This document shows positions 36,801 through 45,322 of a stretch of 64,000 bases of DNA, piece after piece (position 1 is the stretch's first letter; each line of letters begins with the position of its first letter). Under the pieces are notes generated by a model. That model saw only the letters and a list, made by a program, of their open reading frames with translations. It searched no databases and was not told where the DNA came from. This DNA comes from a virus. The position numbers were made by a program, and so were the translations under genes. The stretch is taken from positions 4,302 through 68,301 of IMG/VR virus record IMGVR_UViG_3300043777_000173; one strand, 5' to 3'.

Positions 36801-38376
36801 TAACCTGGGCATCTCAGGTTATCACGGGACGATGATTAGCCTCGTCTCCGCGACATCTGACCTGGCCCTCGGTCTCCAGAAGGTTATGAACTACGGGGAC
36901 ATTGGCGGGGTAAAGGACATGCTGCGAGGCACGATTGGGACCTTTATGCTCCGCTCTGCTGCGCGTGACTACAACCTTGGTCGTAGCATTCAAGGCGAGG
37001 CCCTCGATCCGACTGGCAACCCCGAGCTTCAAAAGTACGTTGATGCGATCACCAAAGGCGGAGGCCGCTTCAAGCAAGACCCATTTTATTCCAATATGAT
37101 GGCCGAGCGCAAGGGCTTTGTCAACTGGCTTCGCCTCGCCCCGCAAGGTAAGTTCATGCAGATGGCCCAGAATGGAGTCCGGGCCCTGTCTGGTCCAATC
37201 ATGGAGAAGTTCGTGCCCCGCGTTAAGCTGGGTGCCGCCGCGCGCATGATGGAGACCAAGCTCGCCGATCTCCAGAAGAACGGTATCACCGATGAGAACA
37301 CGGTCGCCACAGAGATGGGGAAGATTTGGGATTCAATCGACAACCGGGCCGGGCAGATGGTCTATGACAATCTGTTCTGGAACAATGCCGCCAAGGACCT
37401 CGCGTTCACGGCCGTGCGAGCGGTTGGGTGGGACCTCGGCTCCGTTCGAGAATATGGTGGTGGTGTAGCCATTGATCTGCCCCGTCAACTTGCCAAGGGC
37501 CTTCGCGGTGAGCGTCCTGAATTGACCTCCCGCCTCGCCTTCACTATCGCCACGCCAATCACCGTCGGCCTCGTCGGTGGAATGCTCCATTACTACATGA
37601 CCGGCAAGGCTCCCACCAAGACCGAGGACTACTTCTTTCCTGGCCCCGATGGCAACAAGGTGTCCTTTCCAAGCTACATGAAGGATTACTTCTCCTTCAA
37701 GGACCACCCAATGAAAACGGTGGTCAACAAGTTGCATCCAACTTGGGGCCAGCTTTCGGACCTTTACAGCAATGCGGACTTCTATGGAACGGAGATATAC
37801 CACCCCGGTGACCCCAACCTTAAAAAGGGCTGGGATATCATGAAGTGGTATGGTAAGAGCTTCGTGCCTCTGAGCTTCAAGGGAATTGAGACCAGGATCG
37901 AGCGCGGGGAGCCGGTTAGTTCTGCCACGTCTGGCTTCGCGGGCTTCATGCCTGCGCCCTCCTCGGTTGGCCAGACAGACGCCGAGAAACTTGCCTTTGA
38001 GTTGTCCACTCGCGAATGGAAAAAAGGTCCCCGAACCTCGGCAGATGCCGAACGTTACCAGCTCGTCCAGAAGTTCCAGCGCCAAGTTGGGGCTGGCCAG
38101 AAGATCGACATGCAAGAGCTAACTCGCGCCTGGCAAGACAAGAAGATTCAAGACACGGACATTGCGAAGATATACTCAAGTTACAACGTCCCTAAGCTCC
38201 AGCGGGAGTTCAAGGAGTTATCGTTGCCTGATGCCTTAGCTGTGATGCGCGAAGCGAAGCCCGAGGAGCGCGTCCAGCTCAAACCCCTCCTGCTCCAGAA
38301 ATATGGCCAACTGGAGAGATATCCACTAGACCAACAGCAGGCCTACGACCGGGAGGTTCGTGCATATTTTAAGTAA
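33802..38376 (+). CDS. large internal virion (DNA ejection) protein
   Basis: 1524 aa, helical, last gene of the structural arm; GPWEQY/GPWDKY N-terminus. Confidence 0.7.
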   Translation: MSGPWEQYQKPTGPWDKYKAPVSSTSAPPVNRGPAYDDPTKSAWATAGSFVPEMATPALRIANKVAQVPVQMGEYVGGALGTITEAMTGGAIQLLHPELQTTRQLETAHPILMGGSQAIGEVAGDLAGNPTNWPLMGSGSARPLLRKLITRGFTASMAKGTYDSVQELYNNWDKMSPKDRAELGTKAGISAAMTAITAKHWHEAPAPENIPIAASGKTESEIKAQVSTSSPRTGLDSKPELTYDQIKARIAEIEARTAKPKAAPEPAKVTPAVEEAVASNKRIATYIAKTDAVRAEIKAKAQAPEATPVEAAKPEPPKAPTPEQELASLRAQRAQELTDLKAMVAERRAQNPEVAKAFDTLINKPAPPEGATRLEVKQAEMKAKNDVINSKQAEAEQFIREHRRQQATEATRLQQENDALRKASSSPEVGGVPATPEAAKPAAEPVPPAKEASRSGEPVRPAAQPEVGSEPRSLRGDLGERPPAATKPAPRDFAKEMEVFKQRVDKWQEDHPGVAKNQAQQIVAEQMRKERGALGGSPDDPQARREAKINEWLNQLKDEKTPPSVLDNAYKMLGAYGLSHDDIIQRMAGGADFAKSPIEERLGPNPELDKKADSMIGGLMNTVDRTMAKYPGAGVAGDVEKNEIRNTSKTTEEYMARIQALEEGRAKGNPSISGVKDPAQEELDRMFKLRDDRIRDKERGSLSFKRLTDEERKSANPLRRLADALDRVAGFIEHGNMSPEEAAREQQARNIIRGAAAEKARSHLEVMEALKGAIERHDSPTNERENFIQFMDAGEGKEGAKFLRPEDQALANVLHEMFDEKWEKVKEVKGLEGDGIENYLAHIWEKSGKAGQLLQGILTGRKPLEGSARFLKNRFYQYASSGVEHGLNPVTWNPIRLQLAALFDTDRFLMAHDIKDQFKDAGLVQWKKLSEYKDVPPGWQRLDDKIFQPKIVGDGALKEYGTYYAPAEVAKIFNRYLSPGLGGNPVFRNFRNYGNTLNMINLGISGYHGTMISLVSATSDLALGLQKVMNYGDIGGVKDMLRGTIGTFMLRSAARDYNLGRSIQGEALDPTGNPELQKYVDAITKGGGRFKQDPFYSNMMAERKGFVNWLRLAPQGKFMQMAQNGVRALSGPIMEKFVPRVKLGAAARMMETKLADLQKNGITDENTVATEMGKIWDSIDNRAGQMVYDNLFWNNAAKDLAFTAVRAVGWDLGSVREYGGGVAIDLPRQLAKGLRGERPELTSRLAFTIATPITVGLVGGMLHYYMTGKAPTKTEDYFFPGPDGNKVSFPSYMKDYFSFKDHPMKTVVNKLHPTWGQLSDLYSNADFYGTEIYHPGDPNLKKGWDIMKWYGKSFVPLSFKGIETRIERGEPVSSATSGFAGFMPAPSSVGQTDAEKLAFELSTREWKKGPRTSADAERYQLVQKFQRQVGAGQKIDMQELTRAWQDKKIQDTDIAKIYSSYNVPKLQREFKELSLPDALAVMREAKPEERVQLKPLLLQKYGQLERYPLDQQQAYDREVRAYFK
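34485..34507 (-). repeat. dispersed 23-bp motif copy 8
   Basis: CTCCTCGCCTAGAACGGGGTTAG; 31-bp identity with copy 10. Confidence 0.95.
35208..35230 (+). repeat. dispersed 23-bp motif copy 9
   Basis: CGAACCCCGTTCTTTGCGAGGAG. Confidence 0.92.
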
Positions 38377-38403
38377 TATCTTGGCTCCGCCAGGTATCTA
38401 AAC
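38372..38403 (+). promoter_or_regulatory. ECF-type promoter P2
   Basis: AGTAAT-N16-GTATCTAAAC. Confidence 0.75.
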
Positions 38404-38473
38404 TAGTATAAGGAGCCTACGATGTTCCTTTGAACCAGGGCCAATTGAGCTAGCGTTGGCCCTCTTCCTTTTT

Positions 38474-38785
38474 ATGATCGAGATACCAAAAGACCCCTCA
38501 TTCAAAGACCTGCAAGTCCTCTGGGAATCGCAGTTCTGGTACAAAGCTCCCGCGACCTGGCGATTCTATGCTCAATCCTATGAACGCTGGATCAAACGGT
38601 TCGGAGCAGACCGGAAGCCCCGCGATGTCTTTCGCTCAGATGTTCTAGAATACAAAGCCTGGCTTCGCTCTCTGGGCAAGAGCGAGCAATATATAGAGAA
38701 CGAGATGGAGCGAGGCAGACGGTTTTATCGTTACCTTGACTCGCGGGAGCTGGTCGAGAAGGATTGGAATCCGTTTAAGTTCTAG
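38474..38785 (+). CDS. stand-alone integrase core-binding (SAM-like) domain protein
   Basis: TWRFYAQSYERWIKRFG...DVLEYKAWLRSLGKSEQYI...RRFYRYL pattern; no catalytic domain; start ATG 38474 or TTG 38456. Confidence 0.65.
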   Translation: MIEIPKDPSFKDLQVLWESQFWYKAPATWRFYAQSYERWIKRFGADRKPRDVFRSDVLEYKAWLRSLGKSEQYIENEMERGRRFYRYLDSRELVEKDWNPFKF

Positions 38786-38811
38786 TACGATTGGCGTCTC
38801 CTAGAAACACG

Positions 38812-38841
38812 AAAGCCTCCAGAGATTCTGGAGGCTTTTTT
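38812..38841. terminator. bidirectional intrinsic terminator between the convergent arms
   Basis: AAAGCCTCCAGA-GAT-TCTGGAGGCTTTTTT. Confidence 0.85.
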
Positions 38842-38854
38842 GTGTCGCGACTAA

Positions 38855-39148
38855 CTACTTCGTTTCCATCTCTTTTTGCAGGAGGGCCAGGGCTCGCCAG
38901 GCCATCTTGGCACTGTGCGGGACTCCGTCCTCATCTAACGTCCCTCTTTGCATGAAGTGCCGAAGCATTGCGTCCGCCTCGTCCGTTGACTTGGTTCGGT
39001 CCCAATGCAGGGGCGTTCCGGGATTATGTTGTTGATTGCCGATGAAGCTAACTTTTGCCACCGCCAGTAGGGCATCTGGAAAATAATCCAGCACCCCTGT
39101 AGCCACCGGCATCGTCTTACGTTCTGTACCACTCGGCATGATAGTCAT
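38855..39148 (-). CDS. dATP/dGTP diphosphohydrolase-like (DUF5664)
   Basis: YFPDAL.AVA.VS..GN.QHN...LHWDR...DAMLRH...HSAKMAWRALALLQ. Confidence 0.75.
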   Translation of the reverse strand: MTIMPSGTERKTMPVATGVLDYFPDALLAVAKVSFIGNQQHNPGTPLHWDRTKSTDEADAMLRHFMQRGTLDEDGVPHSAKMAWRALALLQKEMETK

Positions 39149-39317
39149 GTATTAGACCGTGCAGCTCCTCTAACCAATCCATGTAGCCAAGCCAGGGCCC
39201 GCCCATTCTATGATCCCCGGCTTTTATCTCATCCTCACAACGGTGAATCTCCTTGACGGCTTGAGCGATCAGTTCAACCCTTGTACGTTTTGCCGCCATA
39301 GGAGAACTCGCCGTCAA
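39117..39317 (-). CDS. hypothetical protein
   Basis: fills the gap in the operon. Confidence 0.45.
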   Translation of the reverse strand: MTASSPMAAKRTRVELIAQAVKEIHRCEDEIKAGDHRMGGPWLGYMDWLEELHGLIHDYHAEWYRT

Positions 39318-40038
39318 TCACCACCACCGGATAAAGGTTGAACATCCCCTTCTCCCTTAACTCGACAATCGTGAAGCCCGTTAACCAAGCCGTAGGTCGA
39401 TTCCTCAAATAGGCTGGATTCGTAGCCCCAACAATAGGCGCGATCCAAGCCATATACTTCTTCTTGACTTCTACTGGCGAGATTTTAGCAATGCTCTGAG
39501 GCGCATGAGTATGCCCGGCGAGTACATTCCCTCCATAGATTTCAAGCGCTTTTTTAGCCGGGTAGGCTCCCGCCTGGTTGCCAATTCCTGTGAGAATCTC
39601 TCCGTGAATAACATTAAGCTCCCCGAGCTTGTACGCATGGCCGAGCGGTACAACTTTCCATCCTCGTTGCTCCAATTTGAGGGTGTCTTGTCTCTCAATG
39701 ATCCCCTCTAATTCTGGTTGTTCTTCGATGAGGTCGTGTTCGAATCTATCATGATTCCCAATGATCCACACCCGTTCAGCGTTCTTAAGGCTCTGTTCAA
39801 GAGGTTCAAGTATCTCGCGTGTGAATCCGGTAGTGTTCCGTTGGTACGAAGCTCGCTCACGATAAAAAGGTTTTCCTTTTGTATGGTGAGAAATTTCTTC
39901 GTTATTGAATTGATCTCCTCCGAAGATAAAACCCGCTGGTTTGACATCTTTAATGAACTCCATCATGGCCGACCAGGTCGGCTTCGAATATTCGGGGTAG
40001 TGCAAATCGTGAGCAATCACGTAGGTTTTTAATTTCAT
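39274..40038 (-). CDS. metallophosphoesterase
   Basis: DLH, GGD, GNHD, HG, GHTH motifs. Confidence 0.88.
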   Translation of the reverse strand: MKLKTYVIAHDLHYPEYSKPTWSAMMEFIKDVKPAGFIFGGDQFNNEEISHHTKGKPFYRERASYQRNTTGFTREILEPLEQSLKNAERVWIIGNHDRFEHDLIEEQPELEGIIERQDTLKLEQRGWKVVPLGHAYKLGELNVIHGEILTGIGNQAGAYPAKKALEIYGGNVLAGHTHAPQSIAKISPVEVKKKYMAWIAPIVGATNPAYLRNRPTAWLTGFTIVELREKGMFNLYPVVVIDGEFSYGGKTYKG

Positions 40039-41192
40039 TAGGCCATCGGTTTCCGGAAGAGATTATCTTCCAATATGATTTCCCTGTCTCGCACTAGATC
40101 AGCTAGGACGCGGTCAACGTCCGCGCTGCCCATATAGTTCCGCATGGCTCTTCGAACTTCAGTCGCACTCAATGCCATGTTCCCCAGGACTTCCATGATC
40201 TTCGTAACCTTCTTGCCCTCTGGACTCAAGGGCACTACCACTTGAGCAAGCTTATCGACAGAATAAGTGTAAAGGCAAATTCCAGCGCGCACATCAGAAG
40301 CATGAATGCTATCTCGCCCACAGGAGATAGCGATAAGTAAGCTAAGACGAAGAACGTGAGCACCGGCGCGGGCAGCAAAAGGAGCCAAGGCACCGCTTTC
40401 TGGAAGAACCGTGTTATACCACTGAGTGTACTCATCTGAGGCCTCGTAGTCTGCGAAATCAATCAACCCCTCATTAATCCGCACTAGCCGGACAAAATCG
40501 TAGATCACCTTCTCCCGCTCGGTCGCCAGTTCGCTCCGCTGCTGGTCGTTCATCATCCGACGAGGATCGGCTATACGTTGATATTTGTAATCTTCCTTGA
40601 CTATCAAAAACCTGGGTAAGAAGCCACCCTCGCCAGCCGTGCTCGGGAGCATGTCCTGCAACCACTGTTTCGTTGATCCGCCCATCACGCAACACTCGGG
40701 GCGTTGAATTACCATGTTCCCACCAGATTTGGTACGTACCCGAGCGGGGGCCAGGTCCAATAAGTCTGTAAAGTAGGGAATCATCCCCTCGTTGTACTTC
40801 TCCTTGCTGAAAAGGTTCGCTAGCTCGGATGCCAGGATAATACTCTTTGGACAAACCACTAAGTCCTGGTGAATTGCTTCCTTCGTACTTTTGCCCGTCA
40901 AGAGGTTCGGCTTGATCTCGTCGGGCAAGGGGCTGATTAGATGATTCACTGCAATGTCCCGCATCGCCGTAGACTTCCCAATGCCCGAAGGTCCGATCAG
41001 AAGCAAATTTAGCAACGGATAAACCTTGTGAACATCCAAGGAAAAATAAATTCGGCGACCCAGCGCTGCGCCCAAGCAGGCCATCCCGGAGAACAATATG
41101 TAACTCCTCGGGGACTCCGCCAGGGGCCACGCTTTCAACCAGCTTGTAAACCAGCTTTCTTTCGGCAGGCATTCAATCACGTCTCCTGGCAT
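40038..41192 (-). CDS. DUF3987/YfjI-like P-loop helicase
   Basis: LLIGPSGIGKST, ASEL, GGFLPRF. Confidence 0.75.
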   Translation of the reverse strand: MPGDVIECLPKESWFTSWLKAWPLAESPRSYILFSGMACLGAALGRRIYFSLDVHKVYPLLNLLLIGPSGIGKSTAMRDIAVNHLISPLPDEIKPNLLTGKSTKEAIHQDLVVCPKSIILASELANLFSKEKYNEGMIPYFTDLLDLAPARVRTKSGGNMVIQRPECCVMGGSTKQWLQDMLPSTAGEGGFLPRFLIVKEDYKYQRIADPRRMMNDQQRSELATEREKVIYDFVRLVRINEGLIDFADYEASDEYTQWYNTVLPESGALAPFAARAGAHVLRLSLLIAISCGRDSIHASDVRAGICLYTYSVDKLAQVVVPLSPEGKKVTKIMEVLGNMALSATEVRRAMRNYMGSADVDRVLADLVRDREIILEDNLFRKPMA

Positions 41193-41278
41193 CTACACAC
41201 CCTTTGTGCATCCGGTTGTCAAATATGTCCGTCACTCCCCCTCCGGGTCGCACGGCCTTCCCGCATACGGAACAGTTC

Positions 41279-41545
41279 TTAGTTGATCGGCGAGAACGAG
41301 TCTTGCTCTTGCTTCGGTCCAAATTTCTCATAAACCTGTTTCCGCTCCGCGAGGAATCGCTCGCGCTGTTCGTCGAGGGACTCTAACTCCTGTACCCGAA
41401 AAGTCTCGACGACGTGTTTGATTCCTTCCTGCCCGGCTATAGGTCGTCTCACGTCAACGGTTCCTTCTTCAGGAAGGAATGACAGAATAAAAATTGCCTC
41501 GCCCGTAGTCCGAATAAATGCTACATCATTCTCTTTAATTGTCAT
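41279..41545 (-). CDS. hypothetical protein
   Basis: starts just after promoter P3. Confidence 0.6.
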   Translation of the reverse strand: MTIKENDVAFIRTTGEAIFILSFLPEEGTVDVRRPIAGQEGIKHVVETFRVQELESLDEQRERFLAERKQVYEKFGPKQEQDSFSPIN

Positions 41546-41724
41546 TGTACTGGTTTAGATACCTCATCCTTGGTAGATATTACATTGCTGTCTAACCCCG
41601 TTCTAGGCGAGGAGGATGCCGGTTTCCCCCTTATAATACACCCCCGCTCCACACAATCATGGTGTGCCCAAGTCTCGTGGAGATCAGGGCCACCAGTCAA
41701 CAAGCGCCAGAGTTTCTTGAACAT
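41542..41724 (-). CDS. hypothetical protein
   Basis: coupled ORF containing motif copy 10 and P3. Confidence 0.4.
   Translation of the reverse strand: MFKKLWRLLTGGPDLHETWAHHDCVERGCIIRGKPASSSPRTGLDSNVISTKDEVSKPVQ
41553..41584 (-). promoter_or_regulatory. ECF-type promoter P3
   Basis: TGTAAT-N16-GTATCTAAAC on the - strand. Confidence 0.75.
41592..41614 (+). repeat. dispersed 23-bp motif copy 10
   Basis: CTAACCCCGTTCTAGGCGAGGAG, 7 bp upstream of the P3 -35. Confidence 0.95.
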
Positions 41725-42120
41725 TTATTGCTCCCTTGGAAATTTGATGCAGTGTTTCCCGCCGGATTCGTCTGTGAGCAACACTCGCGTCTTCTCTGCG
41801 CAGGTCCAGTGTTTACGATCTTCGTACTTATCGCACTGATTTCCATCCCACTGCAAAGTAGAATATTGTACGCATATCTTGTCTACGCGGTCGTTAATTG
41901 CGGGAACGTCCATCGGCTCCGGCTTCGACGGACAAGGAAACAGCACAATACTGCCGTCATTACCCGCCCTGGAGCAATCCAGAAATCTAGGCGCTGTCCC
42001 CGGCAAGCATTTACAGAAATCAGCATGACATTCAACCGGCTTTGAACAATCAACGCTTATTGACTGCCCGCAGCACACTCCAGCGCACCCGAGCAACAGG
42101 ATGGAAAGTAGAAGTTTCAT
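41725..42120 (-). CDS. secreted Cys-rich protein
   Basis: MKLLLSILLLGC signal peptide; many Cys. Confidence 0.6.
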   Translation of the reverse strand: MKLLLSILLLGCAGVCCGQSISVDCSKPVECHADFCKCLPGTAPRFLDCSRAGNDGSIVLFPCPSKPEPMDVPAINDRVDKICVQYSTLQWDGNQCDKYEDRKHWTCAEKTRVLLTDESGGKHCIKFPREQ

Positions 42121-42449
42121 TTTTTGTCTCCGAAATTCTTGCACGTCACGTCCTGCGGATTCGTCATGCAGGTAACGACGTGCTGATCTTCTGCGGTGAA
42201 TGGGATCTTTTTGCCGTGGCCGTCCGTCCGGTCAAAACAGACTTCCGTGTTGCCGTTGTTGGCGAAAGCTAGATCGCAGTGCATATCCCATGCAGCGGTA
42301 TCTATGGTGAATTCTGGTTTACATCCCATTGGATCATTGCAGACCAAAGCACCGCTAGCATCAATCGTCGGCTTTCCCGGTGGCTTCGGAGATGCAGGCT
42401 TCGCGCACCCGAGCAACCCGAGACACAGCAGCAGCGATGCAATTCTCAT
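42117..42449 (-). CDS. lipoprotein
   Basis: MRIASLLLCLGLLG-C lipobox; GAGGA RBS. Confidence 0.65.
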   Translation of the reverse strand: MRIASLLLCLGLLGCAKPASPKPPGKPTIDASGALVCNDPMGCKPEFTIDTAAWDMHCDLAFANNGNTEVCFDRTDGHGKKIPFTAEDQHVVTCMTNPQDVTCKNFGDKK

Positions 42450-42594
42450 TTCTTCCTCAATTCTTGGTGAATCGCCCACAAAGCACCGTTGATTACAACG
42501 AGCATTATGAGTATCCCCCCGCTTATAACAGCAATCATAGAGAGATCGAAGTCGGTGGTTTCGCTGACGAGACACAGCAGCAGCAGAGCAGATT

Positions 42595-42897
42595 TCATAG
42601 ATAAATGCTCCCAAGGGCCACGAGGATGCCCGCAATATAACTAGTCAGGTCGATCAGACCGCCATTGAAGAACGGATCACCTTCGTAACGAGGATCATAC
42701 CAGGCCTCGATCACCGTGGCGATCCCCGCCCAAATCAGACCGGCAACCAGCCCGTGTCCCCAGTGATACTGGACCGTCAAGACCACTGAATATCCAATCA
42801 GGAAATGCACGGCTTGCGCCCACACGCTCGGATCGTCTTTGATCTTCGCGAGGCGGGTTAATTGGGTGTTGATCCAGGCTTTTAGGTTATCGCTCAT
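42595..42897 (-). CDS. membrane protein
   Basis: three hydrophobic segments with H, E and D residues. Confidence 0.6.
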   Translation of the reverse strand: MSDNLKAWINTQLTRLAKIKDDPSVWAQAVHFLIGYSVVLTVQYHWGHGLVAGLIWAGIATVIEAWYDPRYEGDPFFNGGLIDLTSYIAGILVALGSIYL

Positions 42898-44858
42898 TCA
42901 CATTCTCCCCAAGATGGCCCATACTTCATTTCAATTGGCAATGTCATTCCTCTTAGCTCCGGCCACGGCTGAGTAGCAACCTTCTTCACTATCTCCATGA
43001 CTTCTTTAACTTGGTTGCGCGGACTTTCCCCAACCAAGGAGTCGTGCACACAAATAAGTATATTAGATGGTTTGGGAAGAGGGTGATAAACACCAACGAC
43101 CTTTTTAACAAGTTCCTCTGGCCAACCAATCCTCTGGTACAGCAAGGCGATCATTACTCGATATAAAACATCTGCTCCAGTCGCCTGTGGGGGGAAGCTA
43201 AGAGGCTTAGTGTAAGTGTCAGAGGTCCAGTACCACTGCTTGCGACCAAAGGGATTGGTTAGGACTCCATTACGAGAAGCTTCTTCGGCAAGTTTTTGCT
43301 GCCAACCAATAGTGGGCTTTATCTCGGCCTTCCAAGCATCAAAGAGTTCATAACACTCCTTTAGCTCAATGCCATACATTTTGCTGGCCTTTTTTGGACC
43401 TAAACCACGATCTACCCCATGGACTACATGCTTTGCTTTCGAGTAAACACTATCTGGATCACTTGATTTTTCTATCTGCGCGTAGGGTATACCAGAAATT
43501 TTACTTGCTAAATACTTATGTTCCGAGAATCCGGGAACCTCCAGCCGTTTCGTCCGCTCTTTATCCCCCGCAAAGTAAGACTGAAGTCTGTTTTCAATTC
43601 CGCTAAAATCCATCTCCCAGATAACCCAATCGGCATGGTGTGGGACATAGATATGCCGGATAGAGCCTGGAATATTTTGAAGATTAGGATTGCTACTGGA
43701 AAGTCGCCCAGTACAAGTGCCGTGTACGTTGAAAGACGGATGGACGATTGTAACCGGCTGCTTGCCCTCTTCTATTTTCAAAAAGGTAGAAAGCAGTTCA
43801 TCCATTTTATTTAAGGTACGTAATGCTTTTACAGCCACGTTTCCAGTTTTGGAATAGATACGCTCCAAGGCTGCGTGTCCCGTAGTAATATGCCCCTTCT
43901 TGGCATCTACTATTGGTGCCAATCCAAGCTGTCCAGGTCCATCTCCATAGAGCCAGGCTTGCTTGGCAGCGGGACTGCGCCATGGAATCGTACGCTCTTT
44001 ATCTGGAACGTGGATGTACTTAACAGGTTTTCCGGACTTTCCGAGAGTTCCTGGAGGCGCTGGTACCCGGCGCTTGATGTCAATATCGTGACTTCGTAGA
44101 GATTCTGGTAGTTGGAGTTCAAGCTGGGCAGATTCCTTCAGGAGACGGTCTCGGACTTCACCGATTCGATTGGGATTGACTTTGAATCCAGTGGTGTGTA
44201 GAAGGTGACAGATTCGGGCAAGGGGGACTTGGACCAAGGTATATAAATCACGTAACCCTTCCCGTTCAACCAAGGGCAGGAGCTGTTGATAACACATGTA
44301 AGTAACATCCGTGTCCCTACAACAGTATAGCTCCCATCCTTCACTTTTGTCATCCTTCCAAGCAGGCTTACTTACGAACTGACTTCCGACAAACTCCAAG
44401 TCATGAGGTAAGTCCGGGCACACGAGGTGCTGGAGCAGCATAGTGTCCCAAACTTGGCACCGATCTTCATTGATTTTAACATCAATGTCCCGCAGTTTGG
44501 GCAAATCAAATTGCAGACAATTATGCCCGATGACCGCAGTTGCGTTTCGGAAGATTCGCTTAACCTCCGAGGCATACTCTCCTCGGATGGGCACGCACAT
44601 CGCTCGGGTAGCCTCAGCACACAGGCCGACCATCTCGGCGGGGGCAGATTCGCCCATAGTTTTGTAGCGAGGACATTCTATGTCAAATGCGAAGACGGTT
44701 GCAGTAAAATTGCGGACATCTTCTATGTTCGGAAAGGGAAGGTAATGTTCTTCTGGTTCAATTAAAGACTTAGTTAAATCATTAGCCGCCACAGGAAGCA
44801 TTGTTTGCTCCCGCATAAGCGCGCTGGGATGAATTATTGAAATCGCTTTGAACTTCAA
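42894..44858 (-). CDS. polA: family A DNA polymerase with 3'-5' exonuclease, starting with the C-terminal UDG motif
   Basis: FDIE, GHN..FD, YCCRD exonuclease motifs; TGRLSSSNPNLQNIP, DFSGIENR, KAKHVVHG, VHDS; N-terminal IIHPSALMR. Confidence 0.93.
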   Translation of the reverse strand: MKFKAISIIHPSALMREQTMLPVAANDLTKSLIEPEEHYLPFPNIEDVRNFTATVFAFDIECPRYKTMGESAPAEMVGLCAEATRAMCVPIRGEYASEVKRIFRNATAVIGHNCLQFDLPKLRDIDVKINEDRCQVWDTMLLQHLVCPDLPHDLEFVGSQFVSKPAWKDDKSEGWELYCCRDTDVTYMCYQQLLPLVEREGLRDLYTLVQVPLARICHLLHTTGFKVNPNRIGEVRDRLLKESAQLELQLPESLRSHDIDIKRRVPAPPGTLGKSGKPVKYIHVPDKERTIPWRSPAAKQAWLYGDGPGQLGLAPIVDAKKGHITTGHAALERIYSKTGNVAVKALRTLNKMDELLSTFLKIEEGKQPVTIVHPSFNVHGTCTGRLSSSNPNLQNIPGSIRHIYVPHHADWVIWEMDFSGIENRLQSYFAGDKERTKRLEVPGFSEHKYLASKISGIPYAQIEKSSDPDSVYSKAKHVVHGVDRGLGPKKASKMYGIELKECYELFDAWKAEIKPTIGWQQKLAEEASRNGVLTNPFGRKQWYWTSDTYTKPLSFPPQATGADVLYRVMIALLYQRIGWPEELVKKVVGVYHPLPKPSNILICVHDSLVGESPRNQVKEVMEIVKKVATQPWPELRGMTLPIEMKYGPSWGECE

Positions 44859-45322
44859 TGCACGCCCCGAGCATTTAATTCTTTCATTTGTTGTCGAAAA
44901 CCTTCCCGTAATTGTAATTCATTTACCGAGAGTTGAATCGGGCCAATCCAGCGGAAAGGGGCCATATGTTCACGGAATTGTATGGCCAGCAGTGCTTGTT
45001 CTCTTTTGATTCGAAGATAAGGCAATAATACCTTTGCCATATCTTGAACGTTCTCTCCGTAAATTTTCCATTCCCAAACATTTTTGGCCGGAGGTTTACG
45101 ATTGCGAGGTTTTGCTGTACCCCCAAATATTTCCTCAAACTTTTGAATAGCTTCATAACGAGTCATAAGAAGACTCGCTACAAGGCCATAATACGGAGAG
45201 ACACGCCCGCGTTTGCACTGAGCAGTGGCTTTTCCAATATGAATACAACCTTCACCGTCAAATAACCCGGCGCAATAAGCAAGATCAGTCTCGGACACGT
45301 TGTTCAATTTCATTGGTGTCAA
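44855..45322 (-). CDS. LAGLIDADG homing endonuclease
   Basis: LAYCAGLFDGEGCI...LLPYLRIKREQA. Confidence 0.9.
   Translation of the reverse strand: MTPMKLNNVSETDLAYCAGLFDGEGCIHIGKATAQCKRGRVSPYYGLVASLLMTRYEAIQKFEEIFGGTAKPRNRKPPAKNVWEWKIYGENVQDMAKVLLPYLRIKREQALLAIQFREHMAPFRWIGPIQLSVNELQLREGFRQQMKELNARGVH

Noticed and set aside
38456-38785. Functional integrase indicating a prophage
   Set aside because: No catalytic R-H-R-Y domain, att site or host genes in the window.
38855-39148. Z-genome or 7-deazaguanine system
   Set aside because: No PurZ, DpdA, FolE or Que genes are recognisable in this window.
44855-45322. LAGLIDADG ORF as an intein or group I intron ORF
   Set aside because: It is out of frame with both flanking ORFs, lacks Cys/His-Asn termini, and I could not identify a ribozyme core in the flanks.
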